Shown piece after piece: positions 14,405-25,792 of a stretch of 64,000 nt of DNA. Made by a program: the position numbers and the translations under genes. Each line of letters starts with the position of its first letter. Within the stretch, counting starts at the first letter, position 1. The notes under the pieces were generated by a model. That model was not told the origin of the DNA. It saw only the letters and a program-made list of their open reading frames with translations, and made no database searches. Location of the stretch: positions 3,534,001 through 3,598,000 of the forward strand of contig CM052833.1 in assembly GCA_028534125.1 (NCBI GenBank), given 5' to 3'. The DNA is from Lama glama (taxonomy: Eukaryota).

Positions 14405-14652
14405 ATATTAGCAGATACACACTACTGTATATAAAATACATAAGCAACAAAGACCTACGGTAGAGCACACAGAACTGTAATACCTTATAATAACCTATAA
14501 TGGAAAGGAATCTGAAAAAGAAAATATACATGTACAACTGAATCACAATACTGTACGCGTGAAACACTACAAATCAACTGTATTTCAATAAAAAATAAAA
14601 ATTAAAAAAAAGCAAATACAAAATTAAGCAAACACGACAGTATAAAAAAAAA
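14405..14652 (+). mobile_element. 5'-truncated L1 3' tail
   Basis: cagatacacactactgtatataaaatacataagcaacaaagacctac...aaatcaactgtatttcaataaaaaa + A-rich tail. Confidence 0.85.
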
Positions 14653-14729
14653 AGTTTTATCCAAGAAGTAAAACATGTATTTCATTTCTGTTTTACCTTT
14701 TTTAGTTGGTTTCAACCCACTGACATCTC

Positions 14730-14969
14730 AACTTTGTCATGTAATATTAGTTGTTCCTTCTAGCTTTCTGTCACTCGAAATTGTTCTGAGTAAGACCTCC
14801 AGATACAGGACACTGATTTTTTGTAAGTGAAGACATGGCAGCCTCATGATATCCCGTGCGTCTGCCTGTCCCTTGTTGATGACCCAAAACAAAAACAAAA
14901 ACAAAACACACCAACCACATTGTTTTTAAGCAAATGGTGACTTCATCTAACTAACGCCTAACCCACAAG
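14730..14969 (+). repeat. Left arm of 240-bp inverted repeat
   Basis: Base-by-base reverse complement of 15930-16169 with 8 substitutions and no indels. Confidence 0.97.
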
Positions 14970-15929
14970 GATTAAAGAACCCCTACCAAATGTGTTCCTA
15001 AAATAAGATCTGCGAGCCCAAAGTTACCTCCATTCACTTCCAGCTAACCCGGGACATTGGCTCCTAGTAATTCTGCAGTTGTTTAGAAATTGTCACAATA
15101 CCCTTATCAACTTGTCCCAAATCTTTGCTTCTGATTTAATTTAAAAAAAAAAAACCCTACTGATTATCAACTATGTACTGGGTAGAACAGACTTCACTAC
15201 AGATTACTGTCACACTTCGAAGGTTAAAACAGAATAGACATTTTAACCTTGTTTATTTTCCATTTGAAAAAAAAACTGGCTTATTTGCCTAGTCTTCTGA
15301 CAAATGGAGACCACGTACAATGAAATAACCTGTAATTTAGTTCAGCACAGCCGTCAAAGTCCCATAGCTGTGGTCTCTTTGAAATCAAGATCCTTCAGCC
15401 ATCAGAAGAGATCAAAGTTTCTCCTGTGTTTTGAGGTCTTTCAGCTTCACATCCAGAATCTCAAGGTTTCTGGAGACAAAGCCTGAGGTGAAGCGCCTGG
15501 ACGAGGCAACAGGCACCCCTTCCCGTCGGTGAGCAACCTGGGAGCTGGGGGGACTGGTCAGGCTCTGCTCCATCACGGAAACGAGCAGGGGAAGGAGACA
15601 CCCAGGTCTGCGGGCAGTCAGCCCTGCAGATGGCTGCTTCTCTCCTTCCCCTTGCTGCTAAGCAACGAGGGTCCCCCCCCATGCTGGCACTGGCATGCTA
15701 CCTCGGGATGCTCCAGGGAACAGGGACGCCTCTCGCCCAAGAAGCCCCTCGCTTCTTCCTGTGGCCCTGCCCTCATTTCTACTGAAATGCCCCCTCTTGC
15801 CCTGCACGGCCTTTGTCTGTCAAGCCCTGGGTCCTCTTTCACCTTGACGCCTGGTTATTTCTCCAATCCTAAGAATTCCTCAATCTGGGTTAACAGGCAA
15901 AAAGCAGAGAGAGATCCTTGAGAGCCATT

Positions 15930-16169
15930 CTTGTGGGCTAGGCGTTAGTTAGATGAAGTTACCACTTGCTTAAAAACAATGTGGTTGGTGTGTTTTGTTT
16001 TTGTTTTTGTTTTGGGTCATCAACAAGGGACAGGCAGACGCACGGGATATCATGAGGCTACCATGTCTTCACTTACAAAAAATCAGTGTCCTGTATCTGG
16101 AGGTCTTACTCAGAACAATTTCGAGTGACAGAAAGCTAGTAGGAACACCTAATGTTATATGACAAAGTT
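15930..16169 (-). repeat. Right arm of 240-bp inverted repeat
   Basis: Reverse complement of 14730-14969, 232/240 identical; 960-bp spacer between arms. Confidence 0.97.
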
Positions 16170-16804
16170 ATATCTCATTAGTTGTAAGTCTATGTAGCTC
16201 TTCCACCCCTCTTTCCCATTAAAGTGTGCTGATCTTTTCAGACTGGTAGCAATTAATACTCTGCAAGGTGTCACTCCCATCCCCCTCCTGTAAGCAGACA
16301 CAGCAGATGCACAGAACACCCTGAAGAGCCTGCCCGCCCAGCGCTGCTTCTCACCGCAGAGTAAGCCACCTGCATGAACTTCCGGCCCCTGTGTGCCACG
16401 CTGCTCGGTCAGACTCGGCCAGATTTCCTGGTGGCACGGGCTTCTGGGGAAAACCATCTTCAGTTTCTAATTGGACCTCAAAACCCTTCATGAGGCGCCA
16501 CTTCCTAGGCCACAGCCTCATGCACCAGCACGGCAGGTCTCTCTCTTTATTCCAAGCAATGCTGGCACGTGGCCCCGTAATCAGCATGCTCATCTCAATT
16601 GACTCCTCCTGAATCAGATTTTAAATGTCACTCGAGAAGCCCGGCACGCCCGGTCAGCCCACAGCCGCTTCTGGTGACCTGCTCTCCCAATCTTGCTTGA
16701 AGATGTCGACACCCTGTGACTCCATCTCTCTGGCCACAGCAGAGAGGATGAGGGAACCCCTGACCTAAGGGAACCAATCAAGTTTCTCCTCCTAAAAATG
16801 GATT

Positions 16805-16966
16805 CTGAAAGTCAGAAAGTGTGAAAAACTTACATTGAAAGTCAGAAAGTGTGAAAAACTTACACTGAAGGTCAGAAAGTGTGGAAAAACTTATACTGAA
16901 GGTCAGAAAGTGAAAACAATTTATACTGGAAGTCAGAAAGTGAGAAAAATGTTTACTGAAAGTCAG
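16805..16966 (+). repeat. 30-bp minisatellite, ~5.4 copies
   Basis: Unit CTGAAAGTCAGAAAGTGTGAAAAACTTACA starting at 16805, 16835, 16865, 16896, 16926 and partial at 16956. Confidence 0.95.
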
Positions 16967-18699
16967 GCAATGTAGTATGGTCCCCATTCATCCATCCATC
17001 CACCTACCCATTCCACAAACACCAACTGGGCACCAGGAGCATGAATGTGGGGAAGAGATAGCCTCAATCCGTGAAAATCCCTGGACCATTAGGAGAGTCA
17101 GCCGATGGCTGCAAACCAGTGTCCCAAATTCATGAGAGTAAAGTTAGCAAAGTTCTGGGTAACAGAAGATGAGACAACTAAGGGGTTGGGAAGAGTCTTC
17201 CTCAAGGTAACTGAACTAGATTTTGCAAGAGGGAAAGAGGTGGTGCCTTTGGGAAGAAAGAAGAGCCTTAACTGTATTATTAGATGAAAACACAGAGGGT
17301 ATTCAGAGCTGGAGAGAGGAGCGTTTGTGTGAGCTGCCTGGGGAGGTGGCGGGAGACTGACCACAACGGCAGACAGGCCAAGAATCATACTCTGTAGACA
17401 GCGGGAGCCAGGAAGGACTGTGTTTTGGAAGAGAGACAGGATCCGATCTGATTTTGAGAAGAATCCCTCTGCTGGCACCATAATCACCTTTGTCTCATTA
17501 GTTACCATATTTTAAGCCACGTCTCTGTAAACTGTGACAACTTGATAATCTTGTTTTTCTTCTAAATGTAAGGTCTCCATCATTCTAAGCACACATATAT
17601 TTGTATTACGCTTTCTAGGAACTTAATCGCCTCTGTCTCAGATCTCCTCCCATAATTTTTCTAGAAACACACCACAACATGTACCTTATTTGTAATGGGA
17701 GAAGCAAACGCTGTGAAGACAGATCTGAGTCCAAATCCCAACTGTGCTACTTCCTCACTGTGTGTCTTTCCTAAAAATAATTCCTCCCACACTGCTTGGT
17801 GGGTGAGGACTAAACAAAGCCACTGACTGTGTGACTTTGCACATATTCTTCGAGTTTTATGGGAAATGAAGATCATAAGAGAACCAACCGTGGGGACCGG
17901 GAGTGGGTGGGTAGGCACTGTAAAGATTAAACGAGACACAAGGAAAAGCACATATCCACAAAATCCAGCCCCAAAAGCATTAGTTACTAACACAAGGTAT
18001 AAAAAGCCTCCAGTCCAATGCTTAGCGTGACGTAGGACCTGAATAAATGGCAGTTCCTTCCTTTATGCACGTGTCTATGCGTTCTGCTTCTTTGCATATT
18101 TTGCCTCCTTTTGATGTCAAGGGCACCTCCCAAAGCACCTAGTCAGTGGATGGGGTGCCCATCATATAAAGCAGTCAAGCACTTGCCCCGCTACGATTCC
18201 TCATGCTCTCCTCACTTGGGTACCAACTGCACTGTTCTTTCTTCCTTACATCTCTATCACCGGCTCCTGGAGGGCAGAAGACGGTTTTCTTAATTGAAAC
18301 CACCAGGACCTAGTGAAATGTTCTCAGTGCATGGAGGCACTGGCTTTGCCTTCAAAACCCTCCAATCTCAGGCCCACCGCTCACCATGGAGTTGTTTAGT
18401 CTCCCTGGGCCTCAGTTTCTTCATCTGCAGGATGAGACTAACAGCTCCTATCCTGCAGGGCTATTGTGAGGATGAAATGAAATAATGCACAGAAACTGCT
18501 CCCATCACCGCATCACAAAGTTCCACACATAGGGGTACATGTGTGCTTGCACACACATCCCCATCTATAATTCTAGCCAAGAGTTTAACATCCACACTCG
18601 ATCCACACCTTCATTTACTAAGTGCTAACCACATACATATTTTAAATATACCTGACAGGTGATGGAGCAATGATGCAATGACTTAAGAAATTCAGTTAG

Positions 18700-18703
<4 letters not shown>

Positions 18704-18745
<42 letters not shown>
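18704..18745. repeat. (AC)21 microsatellite
   Basis: Uninterrupted AC run. Confidence 0.97.
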
Positions 18746-18747
<2 letters not shown>

Positions 18748-19357
18748 AGGTCCTTCCTAACAACTGACCGAAAATATTTTCTGAATTTAAAAGAATTTCC
18801 TTTTTTGTTTATTAAATTATTTTGGGGTCCCACGCCATCATTAGGATCTCTTCTTTTTCTGATTTTACTAAATGAACATAACTGCCCCGTTGGTAGGTCT
18901 GGCCATGTTGGCTATTCTGATTGTTTTTCCTTTAACTGATTTTGAATACACTATCAGAACGCTTCTTCCAGAATTCAAATTCTAAGAAGCTCTGTGACCT
19001 ATACCCCACATTTCCATTCCTGCCTCCCTTGATAAGCTGTGTCAGCCCAAGAGACAGATGTGTCTGCCAAACTCAACTGCTATCCTCAATCCCTTAACTG
19101 TAATAACCCGTTCTTTAACAGAACCATTCATCTGCAACAGAGTATGGCCAGAATGTGATTTTCAGTCAAAGGTCTGGTGAGTCAGTCATTCAGCAAATAC
19201 TTGTTGAGCCCCTGCTCAGGGCCAGATACTGAGAAGATGCTATAAATGCAAAAGCAAATGATCAGGAGACCCTGCCCACCGTGAACTGACATGGGGCGGG
19301 GGTGGGGGGCCAGAGAGACAGGACAACAGTGAACACAACGAGGTAATCGTCCTCAAG

Positions 19358-19929
19358 TAGTCAGTGCTGCTGTGACACCACGTACGCTCCTGCAAATCAC
19401 CATGCTATGCAAAAATCACTCACCCAAAACCAAAGGGCATGCGGGGGAAAAAAGACAAGAACCTAAAAAAAAAAAAAACTACAGCACAATTTTGTATATG
19501 CTGAACAGTTATGAAATACATCAACACTACAGCTAACAGGGCACTTTACACAGGAAAGGAACCTGAAGTTGGCCGATGGATGTAGGGGCCAGAAAGACCG
19601 CAGCACGTGAGGAATTGTGGGGCGGCAAGGAAGGTTATCAGAAACTGGACAAAAGTCACCACATGTGGACAGGGTGTGCCTCAGACAACGAGACAAGAAC
19701 TGAGGCAGCTGGGAGATGTCTGAGGTGTGTGCACGTGTGTGTTCTGTGTATCCCCGTGTGGCTTGGCTCGGCTGGGTGCAGTTTGCTGCATTTATCTGGT
19801 GCTTTTGCAAAGAAAATTGCCCATCAGCAAATGTGAAACCTAGGTTATGCCCAAAGTGTTTCCGAAGATATCAGTCGTGTTAGAACAAATATATGTTTTT
19901 AAAACAAGGGTTATACAGAAATGAATGTA
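19358..19929 (-). mobile_element. Tigger13a-like TcMar-Tigger DNA transposon fossil
   Basis: gctcggctgggtgcagtttgctgcatttatctggtgcttt...atcagtcgtgttagaacaaatatatgtttttaaaacaagggttatacagaaatgaatg matches the reverse complement of the recalled Tigger13a consensus. Confidence 0.75.
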
Positions 19930-21374
19930 TAATATAAAGAGATAATTGCTGTGAAAAACTATAGCTGGATGAGGGAAAGTGAGAAGGGGGATTTTGTTTA
20001 AATTTTGACTGCATTATTGTACACCACTGTATTCACTCTATACCAACCGTTCATAGAAACCTGGGTGTGTCCTGCATTTATGTGCGAGCCTGCAATCATT
20101 CTGGTGTTTTCTCCACCTTCAGAAGTGTGTGTTGTTGTCACGTGGCCTCTAACACTGTGCCCACGGAGCAAAGCCCTTCTATGGGGTCCCCGGGAACTTT
20201 TCACTATTATTCACTTTATAAAGCAGTATGATTCAATGCATTGAAAAGACAGCACAGTATTTCCAAATCAGCCCCTCTGTGTGATTAGTGACCCCGAACA
20301 CATTCTTAGCACCGACGATCATTCTAATTCTCACTGTGTGTTCAGGAATTCGCATCAGATTCAGCCCAGCAAAATGCTGTTAGGTTGCCTTTGCTTCGCA
20401 CTTTCCTAGTGGTCAAAAATGTGGTGAGATAATTTCTGCTGCCCCCCATCCTTTAAGAATGTCACCCAAATTGAACTCAGTCCGTTTCCAACCTCCTTTC
20501 CCACACCTGCTCATTCTTTATCTCCAATTCAATCTAATCTCTAACAAATTCCAAAACTGGAATCCCAGATTGAAATCACTAACATTGCAAATTTTCTATC
20601 ATAAACATGTATGGCTCTTATTACCTGAAAAAAAATTTCATGAGTTAAATTTGTAAATTGAGAGCAGAGGAAGGATTTGGACCCGAGGCTTCAGGAGGTG
20701 GAGAAGCAGGCAGAGGGGTGAGGCGGACAGGTGTACTGGGAATCCCCAGGAGGCTGAAGCAAGGAGTAGTGGGGAAGCCGAGGCAGTGGGACACCCAGAA
20801 AGGCCCCCTGGGCTGTATTCCCCAACCTAGCAACTCTAGCTTGGTGGTTTCACGCCTCGTGTTGAAATAATGGCAACATTAATTCTTTTCTGTTCAATGT
20901 TAAAAACACTCATAATGCAAGCTGACTGCTCCTCTCTCCGATTACACCCTTCCTGCACATCTAATAAAGACAGCGACCCATCCATGTTTAATTTAATCTA
21001 ATTCACCAAGGGCTTACTCAGGGACACTGTTTTCTAACCTAAACTGCATCCTCTTTGTTTCTCAAAAGGCTTTTTCAGCCAGGGCTGCTGCTGGGGGATT
21101 AGAGCAAGGCACCCCTCTGGGCAGCCTGGAGGGTGACTTGGATCTCACACCTGTTCACACACCATTAGGCAGGGGCCCTGGGCCGGATACAAAGGCTCTG
21201 CTGTCCCCAGTGGGTCAGTCTTACAGGAAGCCAGGACTCGGTGATCCCCTGCTCTGCTGGGAAGCACTGCTGTCACCTTTCTGATGGTGCTTTCAGACAT
21301 GCACATAGAATATGCTTTCTGCATCACAGTTTGATGCCCAAAGAGGTATTCCTTTCATCTGAATTGACCAACCT

Positions 21375-21960
21375 CAAATTGCTGGTGGCAAATGAGAACA
21401 AGTTCTTTAGAAGGCAATCTGGCAAAAAATCTATCAAAATTATAGGTGCACAGACCACTTGACCCAGGAATCCCACCTTCTGGAGTTTATCCTACAGGTA
21501 AACTTGCATGTGTGCAAAATGGCATATAGAGTTATTCACTGCAGTGTTGTTTACTACGGCCAACAATAGGCAACAGACCAACTAGTCATTAATAGGAGAT
21601 GGAGTAAATAAAGGTTCCTATAATGCATGCCATGGAATATTATGCAGCTGTCAAAAAGAAACAGGAAGCTCCCTATTTACCAATATGGTAAGCCCCTCAA
21701 GAAATACTAAATGCAAAAAGTGCATATGATATGATATGGTATCTCTTTTATTTTTAAAAGGGGAATAAATTATGCATTTTTATTCACACATAGAAACACA
21801 GAGAATTAATAACACCGATTACAAGCAGTGGCAAATTGGGGAGCTTTGGGAGTGGGAGTGGAGAACATGGCTAGGGTAAGAAGGCAGGAAAGTTTACTAC
21901 ACATCATTCTATACTTTTTAAAGTTGCAGCCATGTGGATATGTCAATTTGTCAAAAATAT
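21375..21960 (+). mobile_element. Old L1 (L1ME-like) 3' fragment
   Basis: ttgctggtggcaaatgagaac...ttgacccaggaatcccaccttctggagtttatcctac...catggaatattatgcagctgtcaaaaagaa (ORF2 C-terminal relic). Confidence 0.75.
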
Positions 21961-23770
21961 AGGATTTAATTAAAGAACTTTAAAAAATTAAAATAAAAAC
22001 CATACATCTTGTTGAAGTGCCATCCCTACTCCAAAACTGACGGTTGTACGCCCATCTAGGAGGAGAGAGGCTTTGGGTGTACTGGGACCTGTGAGACCCC
22101 TGCCCTCTCTTCCTGTCTCCATCCTGGCCTGCAGGGTCCCCACCAATTCCTATGCTGACTCCTTCACAGTTCTCTTTCTTCACATAGCATGCTCCTTCCC
22201 CATTATAGACTGCTTATCCCAGGTGCTTCCACCCAGAAGCCAGCATGGCCCTGCTGACCCCTAGAACTGGCATAGGACCCCAAACCACCACCAACATTCA
22301 TGGCAGCCCTGGCTGGATATCAAGGTTGCACATCGCTGCTGTCTTCCTGTTGACTACTGATTCTGGAGAACTATCCCAGAAAATCTGCTCGCATCCCCGA
22401 CGGGACTCAGGCCCACATTCATGTTTTCAACAGTACACCGCCCATTGATGGCTCTGAAACATTTTCTAAAGGGAGAAAACCGTTAAAGCCAGTCACCACT
22501 CTACTTTCATTCTCCATTCTAAAATTTAGCCCATGCAAACAATTAACTATGTACAATCTCAGGCTTGCTTTACACCGTAAAGTTTAAGATCTTTGCAGTA
22601 TTCACTCCACAAACTCTCGGTTCAACTGAAGCTAAGTTTTCAGGGCCAGCTAATTTACAGGGATGAGAAAAGTCTGACTTAAGGAAGCTATCCAACTTCC
22701 TCGTCCAGTACTGCTTGACTAAGTATTTGGAAATTCAAAAGCATCTCTCTTTTGTTATCAAAGCATAAAAGTTAGATTTAGTTCAATTGTGTGTATTTCC
22801 TCACACATGAATGTCATGCAGCAAATCAACCTGATCCACCTTTTCATTAAAAAGTGTTAGTTTTTGAAATATGCCCGGGAATACTTTATTAGCTTATTAC
22901 CTGAATCAGTTCCAATCACAAGCAATGAAACCTTAGTGAAAACAAAGATAATTGAAAGGTCAGCATGCCAGTTTCAACACAGCCTGTGATGGTGACACTG
23001 TCTTTCCCGATGGCCCCTGTTGGGCTCCTGCAGAGCCTTGGCTGAGTCACGGCCATATTTAGCCTCACCATTTGTCCTTCGGGTAGGAAAAGGGTGGGGG
23101 TGAAAGAGATGGTGGTAAACATCAAAACCCCAGCAGCACTGGAGTCATCAGCTGAAAGGAAAGGCCAGTAAGACATCTTTCCACTCACCATTTACCCCGA
23201 CCGTGTGACTTCCTATGTACTTTCCTGAACTGCCACCAGTCAGACCCCGACGGGCACTGAGCTGCTGGCACTTACACGTGTTCAGTGATGCTGGAGGGGG
23301 CCAGGCCTCCCAGGTGGCCAGCGGGAGATGGGATTCTAGGTGGGTGCCTGACAGTCCCTAAGTGTTTGGAGCTGGTCCATGACTTGCAGGCCGCAAGGTC
23401 TCAGTCTGTGTGACACCTGACTGGACTGGGCGACCACAGACACTCAAGAATTGTGACTTGTCTGCTTTCTGCACCATCAGTTAATTCAACAGTGGCAGGG
23501 GCCTGGCCCTGCCATGGAGGACCAAGATGGGTGAGGACAGACTGGTATAAGCCTGCAACAAGTATAAGAACATGCAGGGCCTACATCCTCCCTTCCTGGC
23601 CTCTGCATCCAGAGAGAAAATCAGCCTCGCAGAGGGGTGAGCCCGGGAGGAGGGAGAAGAGTTAACCGAGTGTAACTGGACACGAGAGTCTGTTGGAAGC
23701 CGTCTGACGCCTCTGAAAGTCATGTAGGCCAGTGTCTTCTTCAAGAAAAGGCGCAAACTCTTTCTCAGTC

Positions 23771-24345
23771 TTATTTTTAGGCCTTCGCAGTAGCCTGTGC
23801 TCCAGAGCCCACACTCCCCCAGCAGGCTATTCCTGTGATTCAAGCATCTGCTCCTCTTGATATGAAAAGAAAGACAAAACAGAGCGTACCCTCCTCCCCA
23901 GGCTGGGATTCTCCAGGGCCACCCGAGACCGCGCTGGCCCCAGGAAGCCCTCTCATCACTGAGGTCCGTCAGACTCACTTACTGGCTATTTATAGACGCC
24001 CCGTTCACCCATTCCTCAGGCACTTAGAAGAGCATCAGTCCTAAGCTGTGTCAGCACAGATGCTGGTGCGCCTTCAGCGTGTGCTCTTACAGGAAACCTA
24101 AGAATTAAAAGGAACAAGCTGCTACAGGGTAACTATTGAGTATCAGCATTCTTTCCTTCCATGGTTTATGTCAATTCGGGAAAACATGTGTGAAGCATCT
24201 GCCTTTTTATTTAAACCGAAAGCAAGAGCTCAGATTGCCGGGCCGTGGCATGTTTATGCACAAACCCAATGGCTAAATTGGGAGCTGCGTCCACGGGAGG
24301 GGCCCACTTGAGTCAGGCCACCGCAGCTGCCCTGGCCACCAGCTG
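23771..24345. promoter_or_regulatory. Candidate muscle/cardiac enhancer or alternative promoter (MEF2 x2, MCAT, NKE/AP-1, paired E-boxes)
   Basis: TTATTTTTAG 23771-80; CTATTTATAG 23986-95; CATTCCT 24010-16; CACTTGA 24305-11 overlapping TGAGTCA 24309-15; CAGCTG 24324-29 and 24340-45. Motif evidence only. Confidence 0.45.
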
Positions 24346-25145
24346 CCCAGGAGGCCACCCCCTGAACCATAGGGGAGACAGTCAACAACAGAGCACAGCC
24401 AAGCCCTCAGAGACAAGACTGAGAGTTCCTGATGACACCACAGCTACGGGGTAAGATTCCAAAGTCCAGTTGACTAAGGAGAAGACAGTACATGAGAATT
24501 GTTTTTAAATTCCTTTTACTGCATGCAGAGTTATTTCACAACATTTTCCTTGAATTTGATACTGGTAAGGATTTAATATGTTTATGGCCAGACCGATTGT
24601 AAAACTAAGAAAGCACAATTCTAACATTGCAAATTCTCCTCCCAGCCCTCCACTTTTTCTACCCTTCTTTGCCCTCGGATGTTGAGAATTCTCTCCCAGA
24701 CCAACGTTTCAGTTCCATTTGTCCAAGTCAGATTCCCATTTAGCAAGAGGATGTGGATTCTGACAGAAGGGTCTGACTTGGGTCGCATCGTAAGAACCAG
24801 GCAGCAGAAGTCAACACGCCTTTCCTTTTTTCATCATAAACCCAAACTCCCCTGTCACCTCAGGTCCATGGTAATACTCCCAAACCCCAAACGGTCTGGT
24901 TCTCGAGTACAAAGCATCCAAATTAATGTGGAATATCATCAAAGTGCTTTTACAAAAGCAACACGGTGCTTTCTAAGAAACTACAACAGAGGATAAAACA
25001 CTTTACTCAGTCTTCCTACCCCTAAACTCTTTACTTAGACAAACATTCTGAAAGCTACTCCCTGTGAAGTTCCGTTTCAGAATACATGAAAATGTAGAGC
25101 TGTTAGGAAAATCTCAATTCTGAGATAGCCACCCACCACTCTGAG

Positions 25146-25645
25146 NNNNNNNNNNNNNNNNNNNNNNNNNNNNNNNNNNNNNNNNNNNNNNNNNNNNNNN
25201 NNNNNNNNNNNNNNNNNNNNNNNNNNNNNNNNNNNNNNNNNNNNNNNNNNNNNNNNNNNNNNNNNNNNNNNNNNNNNNNNNNNNNNNNNNNNNNNNNNNN
25301 NNNNNNNNNNNNNNNNNNNNNNNNNNNNNNNNNNNNNNNNNNNNNNNNNNNNNNNNNNNNNNNNNNNNNNNNNNNNNNNNNNNNNNNNNNNNNNNNNNNN
25401 NNNNNNNNNNNNNNNNNNNNNNNNNNNNNNNNNNNNNNNNNNNNNNNNNNNNNNNNNNNNNNNNNNNNNNNNNNNNNNNNNNNNNNNNNNNNNNNNNNNN
25501 NNNNNNNNNNNNNNNNNNNNNNNNNNNNNNNNNNNNNNNNNNNNNNNNNNNNNNNNNNNNNNNNNNNNNNNNNNNNNNNNNNNNNNNNNNNNNNNNNNNN
25601 NNNNNNNNNNNNNNNNNNNNNNNNNNNNNNNNNNNNNNNNNNNNN
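25146..25645. other. Assembly gap (~500 N)
   Basis: Run of n. Confidence 0.97.
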
Positions 25646-25792
25646 GGGTGTATGAATGTGTAGGTGATGGCTAAGTCAGTCACCTGTGTCGGGTAAACAA
25701 AGGTGCCCAGGACAGGGGTTAAGGACTTGTCCCACTTCCTAAGTGATGTCCAACCCATCTTCTCATATTTCAGAGTAATGATAGATGGTTAT

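Noticed and set aside
16805-16966. CRISPR-like ~30-bp periodicity
   Set aside because: Units are contiguous with no unique spacers and the DNA is mammalian; it is a minisatellite.
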